From Veleropilina oligotropha (taxonomy: Eukaryota), in NCBI GenBank assembly GCA_048128005.1, contig JBEUKZ010000078.1, positions 372,001 through 397,089 on the forward strand: a stretch of 25,089 nt of DNA, written 5' to 3'. A program made the position numbers and the translations under genes. Below, piece after piece: positions 23,688 to 25,089 of this stretch; position 1 is the stretch's first letter; each line of letters begins with the position of its first letter. Under the pieces are notes generated by a model. It was not told where the DNA came from, searched no databases, and saw only the letters and a list, made by a program, of their open reading frames with translations.

Positions 23688-24421
23688 GACTCATTGATTC
23701 TTTCTATATTACAAAATGTTGTCAAGAGATTTTGTAATACACTGTAGGTAACAATCGTGACAATTTACTCCTATTAACCATTACACCCATTCCTACTACG
23801 ATATATACGTACCTCGAAACAAAGTGCTCCTCCCGAAAACCGAACAAAGCACGGACAATTGCTAGTTAGTATTATGACCGGTGCTACGTCCCGATATCTA
23901 ACAGTTCTATAGGTTTTCCAACATATCAACATATTTGTAATAAAATATTAATGACATGCCTTCCATTTGCTGAAAACACAGTGCATGTATGACACACACT
24001 TTTGAAATGATATTACATTGCTTAACAGCATTTCACCCTACTATGTTTTTATTTCACGTATCAATCACTTAACTAGCAAGACACAGAGTACGGTGCCCAA
24101 TCAGTAAATAGCAAATTACACGGGCCACACGTTCGTAACTTAAACGATGCGTTATTAGTCATATTAATATATTTTATCAACTTAAAGTTGTAGCCTATAT
24201 TTACTCATGTGTGCCTAGTATATCACAGTTGTTCATAACTACTTATTGTGGGTGTGTGAAGGGTATGTGATCGGAAAAGTAACAAGAAATTAGCTGATAT
24301 TTTTCAGTGGTACAATCAGTGTATTTGCCATTTATTAAATAAAATATAGGATTGAATTTCAATAAATAACCATAAAACACATAAACTAGGGTTGCATCTG
24401 TTTATTGTTCCAAAAATATAT

Positions 24422-25087
24422 TTATTCATCCATATTTTCGTTGCTCTCTGTTGATTCTTCACCTTCAGAGGATGATTCTGACTGCCAATATGATTCGATT
24501 TCGGATTGACACTTTTTCACTGCTATATTAATAGAGGCTTTCGTACCATATCCCTGTTTCAAGTAGGCATCAACTTTGCTCATGACTCGATTATGAACCC
24601 TTCCATCCCGTAATCTTTCAATGTATAGAAGAATTTGTTTATATTTATTCATAACTTGTATTAAATCTTCAAGATCTATTTTATCATTAGCCTTTTTCTC
24701 TGCAATTTGTTGATTTAATCCCTGATTGACATATTTGTCATATTTTCCTTCGAAGAATGACATATTTTGATCATGGCTTATTTTCATGAGCTCATCAAAC
24801 ACTTTTGATTCTTCGTCGCTTTCTTCCAACACCCCAGATGTTCGTTTTTTGGAATTCCTATGACACCAGTCTCTTACGTGCTTTTGTAATTTTGAACTAT
24901 TATCAAATAATGAGCCGCAATAATTACATGATATCATGTTTTCTTCGTCATCACTGCTGCAATAATGATCAGACATTGTTTCGACCTGATTCATAGATGG
25001 ATTCATATTCAGTGAATGTTCGCACAATGCACTGGGTTTGGTGAGCATCGTTTTCGATACATTATTGGCTTCATCTCTCTCAAATAC
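24422..25087 (-). CDS. Zn-finger (CxxC...H...C) plus helical-domain protein with acidic tail, 5' end probably beyond the window; possible Polinton accessory gene
   Basis: The 208-aa ORF stays open to the window edge (VFERDEANNVSKT precedes the Met). It contains CNYCGSLFDNSSKLQKHVRDWC. AATAAA overlaps the stop and recurs ~20 bp downstream. Confidence 0.7.
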   Translation of the reverse strand, partial: VFERDEANNVSKTMLTKPSALCEHSLNMNPSMNQVETMSDHYCSSDDEENMISCNYCGSLFDNSSKLQKHVRDWCHRNSKKRTSGVLEESDEESKVFDELMKISHDQNMSFFEGKYDKYVNQGLNQQIAEKKANDKIDLEDLIQVMNKYKQILLYIERLRDGRVHNRVMSKVDAYLKQGYGTKASINIAVKKCQSEIESYWQSESSSEGEESTESNENMDE

Positions 25088-25089
25088 AT

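Overview
This is AT-rich, repeat-dense animal genomic DNA; the repeat styles suggest a mollusc or other marine invertebrate (inference). The centrepiece is a disrupted Polinton/Maverick (adintovirus-like) protein-primed DNA polymerase B gene on the + strand (9242-15039). It has an OTU-like domain, Cys-rich regions, a 3'-5' exonuclease, a Vsr-like nuclease insert and Pol motifs A-C. Its N-terminus is built from three small, mutually homologous phase-0 GT-AG exons that the ORF track misses. No integrase, capsid, ATPase or protease gene is visible. A Zn-finger/helical ORF of possible Polinton-accessory type runs off the right edge. The rest is a nest of mobile elements: a complete Merlin (IS1595-family) transposon with 47-bp TIRs and an 8-bp TSD inserted into a DIRS/Ngaro-like gag remnant; spliced FLYWCH and PHD exons of Mutator-type genes; two non-coding 'split-hairpin' elements whose stems are completed only by joining the two ends; several Helentron/HINE-type elements with internal satellites; two copies of a 45-bp-array element; an Academ-like TIR pair; an RTE LINE tail; a probable SINE; and (AT)n microsatellites. 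All family assignments come from motif recognition, not database searches.
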